From NCBI GenBank assembly GCA_041666485.1, contig JBAYGW010000001.1, forward strand, positions 15,299 to 79,298: DNA of 64,000 nucleotides, written 5' to 3'. The notes below the pieces were generated by a model, which ran no database searches, was not told where the DNA came from, and was given only the letters and a program-made list of their open reading frames with translations. Position numbers and translations under genes: made by a program. Source of the stretch: Patescibacteria group bacterium (lineage in GTDB: Bacteria; Patescibacteriota; Patescibacteriia; UM-FILTER-42-10). Of the stretch, positions 9,980 to 20,979 are shown one piece after another (position 1 is the first letter of the stretch; each line of letters opens with the position of its first letter).

Positions 9980-10531
9980 TTATAATTCTAATTTATCATT
10001 AATATTTTTCATTGCTTCCAGCGACAACCCGGCGAATTCTTCCAGTGTCAAACCGATCTCGCTGCACCTGCTGATTGTTTCACGGTTTGCTCCTCTGGCA
10101 AATGATTTCTCCTTAAAACGGTTCAGGATATTATCAACTGTTAAAGATTTCAACTTTTTTTCCGGGATGACTAATGCAGAAGCCACTATTAGTCCGGTTA
10201 TCGGGTCGGTGCAAAATAATGATTTAGCTATGAGTGATCCTCTCGGTATACCGTGTATTGCATTGTGGGTAATTACTGCATCTACGATTTCTGGTTCCAT
10301 GCCGATTTCTCTAAGCATTTTACCTCCTACCAGCGAATGTTTTTTTTCATCATCTTTTGTTGTTTCGTAGTCAATATCGTGCAGCAAACCGGCAAGCGCC
10401 CATTTTTTCTCATCCTCTCCGAAACGCTGTGCTAGTTTTTTCATAACAGCTTCAACAGCCAGGGAATGTTTGATCAAATTTTTGCTTTGGATATTTTTTT
10501 CCAAAAAGACTATGGCGTCTTGTCTGTCCAT
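9980..10531 (-). CDS. HDIG-domain metal-dependent phosphohydrolase
   Basis: KHSLAVEAVM, GLLHDIDY, KSFARGANR. Confidence 0.9.
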   Translation of the reverse strand: MDRQDAIVFLEKNIQSKNLIKHSLAVEAVMKKLAQRFGEDEKKWALAGLLHDIDYETTKDDEKKHSLVGGKMLREIGMEPEIVDAVITHNAIHGIPRGSLIAKSLFCTDPITGLIVASALVIPEKKLKSLTVDNILNRFKEKSFARGANRETISRCSEIGLTLEEFAGLSLEAMKNINDKLEL

Positions 10532-10532
10532 T

Positions 10533-12005
10533 TTATTCCGGTTTTAATGTCGGGAACAGAATTACTTCTTTTACGCTATGGGTGTTCGTTATTACATTAA
10601 CCAGTCGGTCAATTCCCATGCCGAAACCTGCAGTTGGAGGCATTCCGTATTTCAAGGCTTCCACAAATTCCTCATCTTTTTTCATTGCCTCCTCATCACC
10701 CTTCTTCGTTAGTTGTGATTGGTGTTTAAATCTTTCCTCCTGTTCAACCGGATCGTTTAATTCACTGTAAGCATTGCATAATTCAATTGTACCGCCGACC
10801 ACAATCTGAAAACGTTCAACATATTTCGGCCTGCCTGGTATCTGCTTAGCCAACGGTGACAGCTCAATTGGATGATTAATGATAAATGTTGGATTAATAA
10901 ATGTCGGTCGGACAAATTTTTTAAATAATTCATCGGCAATTTTTCCCTTACCCCATTCTTGTTCCACTCTTAATCCCTTCTTCTTTGCAATATCAACTAT
11001 ACTGTTTTCATCATATTCGTCTAAATCCACACCGCAAGCTTTTATCAGCGCTTCACGGTAGTCAACCTTTTTATAGGGAGGGGTAAAATCCAAATCGCAA
11101 TTATTATAGCTAAGTATTGTTGACCCCGTTACTTCTTTTACGAGATTAAATAATAACTGCTCAGTAAATTTCATCAGTTCTTTATAATCTTTATATGCCC
11201 AATAGAATTCTATTTGGGTAAACTCCGGGTTATGAGAGTAATCTATACCTTCATTTCTGAAACAGCGCGCAATTTCAAATACCTTCTCAAATCCACCGAC
11301 AATTAATTCTTTCAAATATATTTCAGGGGCAATTCTTAAAAACAGATCCGTATTCAAAGCGTTATGGTGTGTTTTGAAAGGCTTGGCGATGGCGCCGGAT
11401 GCTACTTGCTGCAAAATTGGTGTATCAACCTCAATAAATCCTTCATCTGTGAAATAGTTTCTGATGAATTGTACTACCCTACTTCTGGTAATAAATATTT
11501 TCTTTACTTCTTCGTTGGAAAGTAAATCCAAGTATCTCTTCCGATACCTCGTTTCAATATCCTTTAAACCGTGCCATTTTTCAGGCAGAGGCATCAATGC
11601 TTTTGAAATTAACAGGAACCCGGAAACCAGAATTGTGTTCTCGCCTTTTTTGGTAATAAACGATGTCCCGGTTACCTCAATAAAATCACCAACATCAATA
11701 TTGTTTCCGAAAAAAGTATATACATCGTCGCCGACAATATCTTTTTTAAAGTATAGTTGAATTTTTTCTGATTCATCCTCAAGGTGGGCAAAGGTTGAAC
11801 CGCCGTGCTTACGAATACTTCTTAGCCTGCCGACAATTTTAAGTTCCAGTTTTGATTCTTCAAAGTTCTTAAAATCTGCAAGGATCTCCTTAATTGTATG
11901 CGACCTGTGAACTGTTGACGGGTATGGGGAGTCAATTACTGATCGGATATTATCAAGTTTTTGTTTTCTGGTCGTTTCCTCGTCCAGGTAATCAATATTC
12001 TCCAT
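10533..12005 (-). CDS. lysS: Lysine--tRNA ligase (class II)
   Basis: LPEKWHGL, RYRKRYLDL, FRNEG, YGMPPTAGFGMGIDRL. Confidence 0.99.
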   Translation of the reverse strand: MENIDYLDEETTRKQKLDNIRSVIDSPYPSTVHRSHTIKEILADFKNFEESKLELKIVGRLRSIRKHGGSTFAHLEDESEKIQLYFKKDIVGDDVYTFFGNNIDVGDFIEVTGTSFITKKGENTILVSGFLLISKALMPLPEKWHGLKDIETRYRKRYLDLLSNEEVKKIFITRSRVVQFIRNYFTDEGFIEVDTPILQQVASGAIAKPFKTHHNALNTDLFLRIAPEIYLKELIVGGFEKVFEIARCFRNEGIDYSHNPEFTQIEFYWAYKDYKELMKFTEQLLFNLVKEVTGSTILSYNNCDLDFTPPYKKVDYREALIKACGVDLDEYDENSIVDIAKKKGLRVEQEWGKGKIADELFKKFVRPTFINPTFIINHPIELSPLAKQIPGRPKYVERFQIVVGGTIELCNAYSELNDPVEQEERFKHQSQLTKKGDEEAMKKDEEFVEALKYGMPPTAGFGMGIDRLVNVITNTHSVKEVILFPTLKPE

Positions 12006-12042
12006 TGAAGTATTGTATTTAGTTAGATTAATTGTCCAAAGT

Positions 12043-12071
12043 ATTATAACATTGTCCTACTGTTTTTTCAA
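12043..12071 (-). promoter_or_regulatory. Sigma70 promoter for the lysS operon
   Basis: Minus strand TTGAAA-17 nt-TATAAT with extended TGn. Confidence 0.75.
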
Positions 12072-12073
12072 AT

Positions 12074-12099
12074 AAAAAACCCCACAAATGTGGGGTTTT
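12074..12099 (-). terminator. Intrinsic terminator after greA
   Basis: AAAACCCCACA-AA-TGTGGGGTTTT inverted repeat with A/T tracts on both sides. Confidence 0.85.
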
Positions 12100-12112
12100 A
12101 GCATATGTTTAA

Positions 12113-12577
12113 TTAATCAATCTCAATAATCCTGAATTGCTTGAATCCTTGCGGAATTTTTACTTCTACAATATCACCAACTTTTTTACCTAAAAATGCC
12201 TTACCTATCGGCGATTCATTGGAAATCCTTCCGTTAGACGGATCCGCCTCATTAGAACCGACAATGGTATACACTGATTCTAAGTTATCGGAAGAAATTT
12301 TTATTTTTGATCCGACAACTACTGAATCAGAAAGTTTACCTGATTCAATTACCTGGCAGTTTTTGATTACGTGTTCCAGTTCAATAATTTTTCCTTCGGC
12401 AAACGCCTGCTCTTCTTTTGCTTCTGTGTATTCGGCATTCTCTGATAGATCACCAAGTTCTTTTGCTTCACGAATCCGCTCCGCAATTTGCTTTCGCTTA
12501 GTCGTCTTTAAAGTCTGCAGCTCTAGTTTTAATCTCTCAAGACCCTCTTTGGTAATAAATGTATTATTGTCTTCCAT
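12113..12577 (-). CDS. greA: Transcription elongation factor GreA
   Basis: GDLSENAEY, ISNESPIGKA. Confidence 0.98.
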   Translation of the reverse strand: MEDNNTFITKEGLERLKLELQTLKTTKRKQIAERIREAKELGDLSENAEYTEAKEEQAFAEGKIIELEHVIKNCQVIESGKLSDSVVVGSKIKISSDNLESVYTIVGSNEADPSNGRISNESPIGKAFLGKKVGDIVEVKIPQGFKQFRIIEID

Positions 12578-12627
12578 TTTGTTGCTAAAACCGATTAAAT
12601 TAACCTATTTTTTTAAAGGTAGTGTTA

Positions 12628-12656
12628 AAGATACGCAATATAATTAAGTTTGTCAA
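12628..12656 (-). promoter_or_regulatory. Sigma70 promoter for greA
   Basis: TTGACA-17 nt-TATCTT on the minus strand. Confidence 0.65.
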
Positions 12657-12668
12657 GTAAAATATTAT

Positions 12669-14594
12669 CTATTTTGAAAAGTACCAGTTTAATGCGTCGC
12701 GAGCAACGGGAAGCGCAACTGAACTGCCCTCGCCACCCTCTTCAATTAGCACCGCAACAACTATTTCCGGAGTATCATAAGGTGCAAAGCCGACAAACCA
12801 AGCGTGTGTTTTACCGCTAGAACCAAACTCTGCTGTTCCGGTTTTTCCGGCAGCGGCAACTGGTAAGCTCTGTAGGCCCGCCGCGCTTCCACTGGTTACA
12901 GCCTGTCTTAGACCCTCCCTGACAATTTTCAAATATGCTGAATCAATAAAGTCCTTCCTAATGACCGTCGGCTGGATTTTTGATGATACGTTTGAATTGC
13001 TGGCATTAATGTATTGAACTAAAAATGGTTTGTACAGTGTGCCGCCATTTGCGATGGCAGCAATGTAATTTGCCACCTGTAGCGGAGTAACCAAAATATC
13101 ACCCTGGCCGATAGCTAAGTGATAGGTGTCACCGAGGTACCAGCGTTCACCTTTTGTTTCTAGCTTCCACTGTTCTGTGGGAAGAAATCCTGTAGATTCG
13201 CCCGGCAAATCAATATTAGTCTTTTCACTGACACCGAACAGACTGGCATATTTTACAATCCGTTCAAGTCCTAATCCTTCCATTTCGTCATTACCACCGC
13301 CAACTAAGTAAAAAAATGTATTAACTGATTCAGCTAGGGCTTTTCTGACATCTGTTATACCGTGTCCGCCGGCCTTCCAATCCGGAAAGAATTGAGGCCC
13401 GGCTTTTATTCCACCGGTGCTGACTACTGTTGTACTACCGGTGATTATGCCTTCCTGCAGTGCGGCCGCTGCGATTACAGGCTTGATTGTGGAGCCGGAA
13501 GGATATTGACCGGTAATACTTCTCATAAATAAAGGTCGCGACGGATCATTCAGTAAATCGCTAAATTGTCCCGGCTGTAAGCCTTTGGCAAAATCATTGG
13601 CGTCATAACTTGGTACGTTTACCAGCGCCAATACCTCGCCGGTACGGGGATCAAGCGCAACCGCAGATCCGCCCGGGGCGCCGATGCGTTCTAACACGCC
13701 GTTTATGCTGTCATAAAGCACCTTCTGCAATCCGATATCAATAGTCAGTGTGAGATTTGAGCCTGACTCGGGTTCCTGGCTGGCGACCACTTTTTTCTCC
13801 TTGCCGAGCGAATCAACTTCAATTCTTTTTTTGCCGTCCTTGCCTTTCAATAATTTTTCGTAATATAATTCCAGTCCGGTTTTTCCTACATAATCATTCA
13901 TTAAATATTCCCCATTCTCGGAATTTGCATACTCCGCCTCGGATATTTTTCCGGTATACCCGATAGTATGCGCGGCAATTACCGGATTCGTGTATTCTCT
14001 GCTGTCGCGTATGGCAATCACGACACCCGCCATTGATTTACTCTCAATTTGTAATAGCAGTGCTTTGGCATAATCAATGTGTTCTTGAATCACCACCGGT
14101 TCGTATGAAACACTTGGTGACTTTGTAACAAGTGCCCTAATATCATCTGCCGGCACTTCAAGAATTCTGGCGATTAAATCATATATTTTTTGCTGTTCCT
14201 TTTCATCGTCAGGAAAGTCAGCGGGTATGATATTCAATGAAAAGTTTGCCACATTTCTGACCAATAATTCACCGTTACGATCATACATTACTCCCCTTCT
14301 AGCTTTGATTGTTTCTATACGAATTCTATTTCCATCCGAAATATCACGATAGTAAGCGCCTCTGAACATTTGGAACCAGATGCTTCTAAATAATAGAATT
14401 GCGATGCCAAGCAACAGAACCAAAAAGAATGCCCGGAGTTTTGACAATTCAACGGATACTTTTAATGCTGTTGAGCTAAATTTTGAATCCGGTAAATCAT
14501 TTCCCAAACTGAAGTTACGGCTGTAGTTTCCAACATGCCCGTCTTTAATGTTTTCAGAGCTACCATAGATATCAAATGGGTTAAAACGTTTCAT
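12669..14594 (-). CDS. mrdA: Penicillin-binding protein 2
   Basis: PSGSTIK (SxxK), SVN (SxN), GKTGTAE; follows mreBCD. Confidence 0.96.
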   Translation of the reverse strand: MKRFNPFDIYGSSENIKDGHVGNYSRNFSLGNDLPDSKFSSTALKVSVELSKLRAFFLVLLLGIAILLFRSIWFQMFRGAYYRDISDGNRIRIETIKARRGVMYDRNGELLVRNVANFSLNIIPADFPDDEKEQQKIYDLIARILEVPADDIRALVTKSPSVSYEPVVIQEHIDYAKALLLQIESKSMAGVVIAIRDSREYTNPVIAAHTIGYTGKISEAEYANSENGEYLMNDYVGKTGLELYYEKLLKGKDGKKRIEVDSLGKEKKVVASQEPESGSNLTLTIDIGLQKVLYDSINGVLERIGAPGGSAVALDPRTGEVLALVNVPSYDANDFAKGLQPGQFSDLLNDPSRPLFMRSITGQYPSGSTIKPVIAAAALQEGIITGSTTVVSTGGIKAGPQFFPDWKAGGHGITDVRKALAESVNTFFYLVGGGNDEMEGLGLERIVKYASLFGVSEKTNIDLPGESTGFLPTEQWKLETKGERWYLGDTYHLAIGQGDILVTPLQVANYIAAIANGGTLYKPFLVQYINASNSNVSSKIQPTVIRKDFIDSAYLKIVREGLRQAVTSGSAAGLQSLPVAAAGKTGTAEFGSSGKTHAWFVGFAPYDTPEIVVAVLIEEGGEGSSVALPVARDALNWYFSK

Positions 14595-14595
14595 A

Positions 14596-15123
14596 CTATT
14601 TTCTTACTAAAAATTGATTTTGAAAACGTTTAGTCAATGTACGCAGGAGCAGAAATAAAATCAACGCCGATATTCCGTTCACACCTGCCTGCACCAAAAT
14701 TCCCGACCAGAGATGAGGAATCTGGTAAATTGTAATCGTCAAACTGTTTGTGTAATAGAATAACACTGAAGCGGCAAAAAATAGCAAATTGTAGATAATA
14801 CTTCCCGTAATTGCCATCAAAACAAACGGGAGCAGTGATTTGTTGGTCAGTAAATTTTTTAGTAAATAATACAATACAATAGAAGTAATTATGGTAATTA
14901 CTATAAATGTTCCGAACGGCATTATGGAATAAACCTCATGTAAGGCACCGATTAAAAATGACCACCACAAAAGCGGAATTAATTCCAATCGAAATGCCAG
15001 CAAAGTTAAAAACAGCACTACGACACTAATCGGTGCAATCCCGACAACAAACGGCTCAATAAAACTTATTTGAATTATTAGTACAGCAAAAATTACAATT
15101 GCAATTGAAATATTTTTTGACAT
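14596..15123 (-). CDS. mreD: Rod shape-determining protein MreD-like membrane protein
   Basis: About five TM helices; lies between mreC and mrdA. Confidence 0.75.
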   Translation of the reverse strand: MSKNISIAIVIFAVLIIQISFIEPFVVGIAPISVVVLFLTLLAFRLELIPLLWWSFLIGALHEVYSIMPFGTFIVITIITSIVLYYLLKNLLTNKSLLPFVLMAITGSIIYNLLFFAASVLFYYTNSLTITIYQIPHLWSGILVQAGVNGISALILFLLLRTLTKRFQNQFLVRK

Positions 15124-15125
15124 TA

Positions 15126-15932
15126 CTAACGGATTATTATTGAAACAATTTGTAATCTGTCTAATGTGACAGGTGGCTGAATTGAAGCGGTCTGGAATAG
15201 TTCTTCAGTTTGATTTGATATTGAACTTACTTGCCCGATCACTAAGCCTTCAGGAATGTTTTCCTCAATGCCGGAACTGACCACTATTTGATCAGTTAAA
15301 ATTTCTTCTGACTGTGGGATCAGCTGCATTTCCAGTGAAAGCCCCAGTTTGCCGACAACCACTCCCGGGCTGTTGGTGCTGTTTTGCACATATGCACCAA
15401 TTGAACTGTTTGAATCAGTAATCAATATCATATTAGAATCATTTTCTGAAGCTTCAACAATTTTCCCGACCAATATCCCTTCCTTATAAACAACCGGCAT
15501 TCCGACTGCGATTCCATCGTTTGTTCCGCGATCAAGGATATATAGCTGGGTACCGGGGTGAGGTGATTTTCCGATTATCTGTGCTGCCTGAAACTCATAG
15601 TTATTAGTCTTCAGGTATTCAACTTCCTGCTGTAACACTTCGCTTTTAGTCATTAATGAATGCAGTCGCGCGTTTTCAATTAAAGCGTTACTGAGCTGAT
15701 TCTGAAGCTCCTGATTGTTCCTGCCTAGCTCAACGGCTGACTTTATGTTCTCAGAAGCAAAAAATCTCAAACCGGCGTTGTAGGTTATTTTCTCTATCGG
15801 ACGCAGTACATAAAAAATTGCATTTTCAACCGGACGCAAAATACCAACAGAGTGCAAAAAAACTAGTAGCACAGTGGCTACCAAAATCAGAAGCAATACG
15901 TTAATCCTTATATTAAAGATCTTCTGTTTCAT
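15126..15932 (-). CDS. mreC: Rod shape-determining protein MreC
   Basis: TM plus coiled coil, LDRG..DGI..GMPV, SSG....PEGL.IG. Confidence 0.94.
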   Translation of the reverse strand: MKQKIFNIRINVLLLILVATVLLVFLHSVGILRPVENAIFYVLRPIEKITYNAGLRFFASENIKSAVELGRNNQELQNQLSNALIENARLHSLMTKSEVLQQEVEYLKTNNYEFQAAQIIGKSPHPGTQLYILDRGTNDGIAVGMPVVYKEGILVGKIVEASENDSNMILITDSNSSIGAYVQNSTNSPGVVVGKLGLSLEMQLIPQSEEILTDQIVVSSGIEENIPEGLVIGQVSSISNQTEELFQTASIQPPVTLDRLQIVSIIIR

Positions 15933-15946
15933 GTATTAATTAAATG

Positions 15947-17002
15947 TTACTTTAAATATGTATCTTCCTGAGTTGAAAGAACAAACAGATCTTTCACTGA
16001 GTCAATATCCTCCAATATTAAGCCAGTACCCCGGACAACAGCGGTTAATGGATCATCAATTATGTGAACAGGAATTCTGACCTCTTCTTGAATCGCTTTA
16101 TCCAAACCCCTGAGCAATGCTCCGCCTCCGGATAAGACAATTCCTCTTTCATAGATATCCGCTACTAATTCCGGCGGAGTCGCTTCAATTGTATTTTTAA
16201 TATTTTCAATAAATAATCTCACGGTTCTGGCCAGAGCTTCCTGCAGTTGAGCGGAATTAATGATTACTTCTTTCGGCAAACCGGTTATTAAATCTCTTCC
16301 GCGCATTTTTGTCTCCCGAATTTCTTTCTCAGGATACGCAGATCCGATTTCAATTTTGATCTGTTCGGCGGTTCTTTCGCCAAGCAATAAATTAAACTTA
16401 TCACGGGCATACTGAATAATATTACTGTCCAGTTCATTACCAGCTACCCGCAATGATTTCCAGGTTACAATACCTCCCAAAGAAATCACGGCAATCTCGG
16501 TGGTGCCGCCGCCGATATCCACAATAAAGTTTCCAGTGGAAGTCTGAATCGGCAACCTGGCTCCTACGGCGGCCGCCATCGGCTCTTCAATCAGAAAAAC
16601 CTGTCTGGCTCCAGCATTCAATGCGGCGTCTTCAACCGCCTTGCGCTCCACTTCCGTAACGCTCATAGGAATCCCGATTACTACCCTTGGTCTTGGAAGG
16701 ATTGAGAACGATTCCCGATGAACCTTTTCAATAAAATGTTTAAGCATTTTTTCTGTTACTTCAAAATCAGAAATTACGCCGTCCGCCAACGGTCTGGTTG
16801 CGACAATATGAGCGGGTGTTTTTCCGATCATGTTTTTTGCGTCATTGCCAACCGCCAGGATCTGGTCCGTTCGGACATTGATCGCAACAATTGAAGGTTC
16901 GTTAATTACTATCCCCTTATCTTTTACATACACCAAAGTATTGGCCGTTCCAAGGTCAATGCCAATATCTTGTGAGAATCTTCCGAATAAAGAATTAAAC
17001 AT
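15947..17002 (-). CDS. mreB: Rod shape-determining protein MreB
   Basis: IGIDLGTANTLV, EEPMAAA, DIGGGTTE; located in the mreBCD-mrdA operon. Confidence 0.97.
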   Translation of the reverse strand: MFNSLFGRFSQDIGIDLGTANTLVYVKDKGIVINEPSIVAINVRTDQILAVGNDAKNMIGKTPAHIVATRPLADGVISDFEVTEKMLKHFIEKVHRESFSILPRPRVVIGIPMSVTEVERKAVEDAALNAGARQVFLIEEPMAAAVGARLPIQTSTGNFIVDIGGGTTEIAVISLGGIVTWKSLRVAGNELDSNIIQYARDKFNLLLGERTAEQIKIEIGSAYPEKEIRETKMRGRDLITGLPKEVIINSAQLQEALARTVRLFIENIKNTIEATPPELVADIYERGIVLSGGGALLRGLDKAIQEEVRIPVHIIDDPLTAVVRGTGLILEDIDSVKDLFVLSTQEDTYLK

Positions 17003-18224
17003 TTGTTCCTTTAATTATCCCAATTGCTTCGTTTAATTTACACATCTTTGTTTCGCCGGTCTTTCTAATCCTCATTTCCACATCTCCACCGGTCTTTTTG
17101 CTTACGACAATTCTTACAGGAATGCCAATCAAATCAGCATCTTTTAGCTTAGAACCCGCTGTTTCTTTACGGTCATCATATAATACTTCAAGTCCATTTT
17201 TCTGTAAAGAAGCGTAAATAGCGTCCCCCTCCTCATCGTTATTAATGCTGATTAAGTGGATGTCAAATGGAGCGATTTCTTTCGGCCAAATTATACCGTT
17301 TGCATCGTTATTTATCTCCACAACCGTTCCCAGTGCTCTTCCTAAGCCGATACCGTAACAGCCCATGATGATTTCTTTTCTAACTCCATCTTCATCTGTA
17401 TACATTAAGTCAAAAGCTTTTGAAAATTTTGTCTTTAAGGGAAAAATGTTACCGACTTCAATTGACTTTTTTTCCAATAAATCTTTGCTCTTACATTCCG
17501 GACAGGAGTTTTGTTCATTAATAATTTCTTTGTTTACTGCCACCTCGCATTTCGGGCAAAGATATATTAAATCTTCACCGGAGGCAGTCACTGTTTGAAA
17601 TTCATGCGAATATTTGGAAAAGGTACCACCTGATGCAAAAGTGAGATATGTAGATTCTCCGATTCCGATCCGATTGAATATATTCTTGTATGCAATCTTT
17701 GATTTTTCATAATAATCCTCAAAATCCGCTTCATTTTTATGAAAGGAATAAAGATCCTTCATCATAAATTCCCGCCCGCGCAGGATCCCAGATTTTGCCC
17801 GAAGTTCATTTCTAAACTTTGTCTGGATTTGGTAAAGATATATCGGAAGATCTTTATATGAATTAATGTATTGTTTCACCAAAGGCACCACAATCTCTTC
17901 ATGGCTCATGCCCAGAACATATTTTTTACCAGTTGCTGATTCCAGATGAAACAAAATATCAATATTTTCGCGGCCGGTTATTACATAATTTTCATGTGGA
18001 TGCAAAGCCGGCATATATATTTCCTGACCGCCGATTGCATTTATTTCTTCCCTAATAACTTTTTCAATTTTCTTTAGTACACGCAAACCGAGCGGTAGAT
18101 ATGTGTATACTCCCGCCGTCAGTTTGTTAATAAATCCGGCCCGCACTAATAATTGCGCATTAGTGCTTATTTCATCCTTCGGCGCATTTTTGCTTGTTTT
18201 TGGGAATAGAGTTGATTGTTTCAT
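16995..18224 (-). CDS. proS: Proline--tRNA ligase, short form without editing insertion
   Basis: LLVRAGFI, QIQTKFRNELR, REFMMKDLYSF, MGCYGIG, DADLIGIP. Confidence 0.95.
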   Translation of the reverse strand: MKQSTLFPKTSKNAPKDEISTNAQLLVRAGFINKLTAGVYTYLPLGLRVLKKIEKVIREEINAIGGQEIYMPALHPHENYVITGRENIDILFHLESATGKKYVLGMSHEEIVVPLVKQYINSYKDLPIYLYQIQTKFRNELRAKSGILRGREFMMKDLYSFHKNEADFEDYYEKSKIAYKNIFNRIGIGESTYLTFASGGTFSKYSHEFQTVTASGEDLIYLCPKCEVAVNKEIINEQNSCPECKSKDLLEKKSIEVGNIFPLKTKFSKAFDLMYTDEDGVRKEIIMGCYGIGLGRALGTVVEINNDANGIIWPKEIAPFDIHLISINNDEEGDAIYASLQKNGLEVLYDDRKETAGSKLKDADLIGIPVRIVVSKKTGGDVEMRIRKTGETKMCKLNEAIGIIKGTNV

Positions 18225-18226
18225 GT

Positions 18227-19336
18227 TTATCCGGTTAAATTTTTCATAAATCCGAAAATACTGTCCTTGAAACGGGATATATCTCTGATACTTACCAGTA
18301 TAACCAGTCCAATTAGAATAAAGAAGCCGGCTGTATGGATCATTGATTCCAGTTTTTGTGATACCGGTTTGCGCCGGATCTTTTCAATTAGAAGAAACAG
18401 TACCCTTCCCCCATCCAGTGCAGGAAACGGTAAAAAGTTTAAAATCATAAGGTTAATGGAAAGTAGGGCGGTGAACTGAAGCAGATAGATGAAGCCCAGT
18501 TTCGCCACTCTTGAAGTCATCACGGCAATGCCAATCGGACCGGAAATATCCGCCGGTACCGTTTGTTTGACTATTAGATTCTTCAATAACTCGTAGAATG
18601 CCACCAATATTTGCCAGGCAACAGAAAAAGACGCCTTTATACCCTCAAAAATTGCCCCATACCAAGGATATGACACGATCGCTGTTTCTACGAGGCCGGT
18701 GCCCATTTTACCGATGCCAGACTGATCAATATCCTTTAGAATAATCTCGGATGTGATAGTTTCATTGCCACGTGACAGTTCAACGCTGATTGTTTGATCC
18801 AGTTTCGGTGAGGTATATGCAATTAAACCTTCAACGCTATCAAACTTTTTTCCATCAATTGACAGAATATTATCCCCTACCTGCAGACCGGCATTGAACG
18901 CCGGTGATTCTTCCAAGACAGACAAAACTTGGATCTTTTCATCGCGAATACGGTCCATGGGCAAATCGTCATTTACAACTGAAGGCAGACCGATAAAAAA
19001 ACCGATACTCAACAAAATAACTGCCAGTACAAAGTTCATAAATACTCCGCTGGAAAGTATCACCGCTCTCTTCCATATTTTCAGGTGAGCAAAACTGTCT
19101 TTATCTTCCTGATGATCACCTGACTCGCCTTTTATTTTTACAAAACCACCAAATGGAATCCAGTTGATTGAATATATTGTTCCTTTTCGCTTAATGCCGA
19201 AAATTCTCGGTGGGAATCCAAAACCAAATTCTTCAACTGCGGCGCCAAGTTTTTTTGCCGCGAAAAAATGTCCTGCTTCGTGCACGAATATTATCAAGCC
19301 AAGTACTACGACTAAAATAAGAATGGTAATTATCAT
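18227..19336 (-). CDS. rseP: RIP metalloprotease RseP
   Basis: HEAGH, PDZ domain, NFLPFPALDGG. Confidence 0.96.
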   Translation of the reverse strand: MIITILILVVVLGLIIFVHEAGHFFAAKKLGAAVEEFGFGFPPRIFGIKRKGTIYSINWIPFGGFVKIKGESGDHQEDKDSFAHLKIWKRAVILSSGVFMNFVLAVILLSIGFFIGLPSVVNDDLPMDRIRDEKIQVLSVLEESPAFNAGLQVGDNILSIDGKKFDSVEGLIAYTSPKLDQTISVELSRGNETITSEIILKDIDQSGIGKMGTGLVETAIVSYPWYGAIFEGIKASFSVAWQILVAFYELLKNLIVKQTVPADISGPIGIAVMTSRVAKLGFIYLLQFTALLSINLMILNFLPFPALDGGRVLFLLIEKIRRKPVSQKLESMIHTAGFFILIGLVILVSIRDISRFKDSIFGFMKNLTG

Positions 19337-19339
19337 AAT

Positions 19340-19891
19340 TTATACGGTCATTATTTCTTTTTCTTTTTTTTCAGCGATCTCTCTTATTTTTTCTATAGCT
19401 GAATCAGTCTCTTGCTGTAATGTTTTTTGTGCTGCAAACATTTCATCTTCGGATATCGCCTTATCTTTTTCCAAAGCTCTTAATTCCTTAATTGCTGATT
19501 CTCGGGCGGCACGTACTGCAATTCTGGCATCTTCAACTTTGGAATTGATTAATTTTACCAGCTCAAGTCTTTTTTCCTCAGTGAGTGTTGGTATGCTGAT
19601 ACGGATCTGCTGGCCTTCATTTACCGGTGACAAACCAATTTCAGAAGCATAAATTGCATTTTCAATGGCTTTTAAGACTGACTTGTCCCAAGGCTGGATG
19701 AGCAACGATCCTTGATCCGGCGCAGTGATTGTTGCTAACTGTAGTAACGGCTGTTTAGCGCCATAGCATTCTACTGATACATTTTCAATCAGATTTGGCG
19801 TAGCTCTGCCAGATCTTATTTTGGAAAGCTCAAATTTAAGGTGCTCAATCGCTTTTTCGGAGTCTGTTTTAAAATTATTGATTTGGTCCAT
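19340..19891 (-). CDS. frr: Ribosome recycling factor
   Basis: IRSGRATP, IQPWDKS, LTEEKR, KEKEIMTV. Confidence 0.98.
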   Translation of the reverse strand: MDQINNFKTDSEKAIEHLKFELSKIRSGRATPNLIENVSVECYGAKQPLLQLATITAPDQGSLLIQPWDKSVLKAIENAIYASEIGLSPVNEGQQIRISIPTLTEEKRLELVKLINSKVEDARIAVRAARESAIKELRALEKDKAISEDEMFAAQKTLQQETDSAIEKIREIAEKKEKEIMTV

Positions 19892-19908
19892 GCTAAGCTT
19901 ATTAATAA

Positions 19909-20979
19909 TTATTTCTTTTTTGGCGCAAATGTGCCGGCATATATGATTTCCGGTGATTCGGGATCCACTAACAGGGTCGTAATTTTTCTGCCGGAAGGAA
20001 ATGTTTCAATTGTTTTCCAGGTTGTACTTGCATCAGTTGTTTTGTGAACAACTTTTCCGATTGTAAAATACATTTCGTCAGTATTATCCGGGTTTACACC
20101 TACAGTTGATATCGGCACTGAACCAAATGGAAAAAGCGTAGTGATCGGCTGCCATGTTAATCCAGAATCCGGACTTTTTATTAATCCATAATTTGTTGCA
20201 AGATAAAGAATCTCAGGATCATTTTCCGTAAATGTAAACCAGTTAATGGTAGTAGCCCCCGGCCAATCCTTAAAAGCATCCTTTGTAATCAATGTCCAGT
20301 TACTGCCCCCATCCGATGATTTATATATGCCCTGATCTAATGAAACGGCATATATAATTCGCGTATCTCTTGTGCTTACATACAGCCGCTTAATTGTTGT
20401 TTTCAACGGTGAATCCGAGTTAAGAGTTGTCCAGGTTTCGCCGGAATCAATACTTTCAATGATTTGTCCGTCCTGAGTCGCGGCAATAATTCTTGACGTG
20501 TCGTAGTAGTCAATATTTACGGATACAATGATCTGACCGCGCGGTTCAAGATAAATAGTTTCCCAATTTGCCCCGTCATCCTTCGTTTTGATTATACTTG
20601 ATCCGGTTGCCGTATAAACTGTTTCGGGGATTAGTGGGTCAATACTAATTGTTGAATAGTTTCCTGAGCTAATTCCAAATGCTGTCCAGGTCTCGCCGCG
20701 GTCTTTGGTACGCCATATACCATTGCTGTCTGTACCGATGTAGATTATATCTTTATTTTCAGGATGGAAAACCATTACAGTCGGATTAACATTATTGAGA
20801 GTGATTGTTTTGTTCTTTTCCGCGCGAACAAAAACTTTTTGCATCCATAATTCAGCGCTGTCATCCGAACGAAAAACACCCCCATCAATTGACTTTGTGG
20901 AAGAAATACTAACACATCCTGCTCCGGAAAGTGCGATTGAAAACAACAATAGGATAAATAATGATAGTGATTTACGCAT
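19909..20979 (-). CDS. Lipoprotein with BNR/Asp-box beta-propeller repeats (YCF48/sortilin-like)
   Basis: Lipobox-like LSGAGC and repeated S/T-x-D-x-G-x-T-W motifs. Confidence 0.85.
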   Translation of the reverse strand: MRKSLSLFILLLFSIALSGAGCVSISSTKSIDGGVFRSDDSAELWMQKVFVRAEKNKTITLNNVNPTVMVFHPENKDIIYIGTDSNGIWRTKDRGETWTAFGISSGNYSTISIDPLIPETVYTATGSSIIKTKDDGANWETIYLEPRGQIIVSVNIDYYDTSRIIAATQDGQIIESIDSGETWTTLNSDSPLKTTIKRLYVSTRDTRIIYAVSLDQGIYKSSDGGSNWTLITKDAFKDWPGATTINWFTFTENDPEILYLATNYGLIKSPDSGLTWQPITTLFPFGSVPISTVGVNPDNTDEMYFTIGKVVHKTTDASTTWKTIETFPSGRKITTLLVDPESPEIIYAGTFAPKKK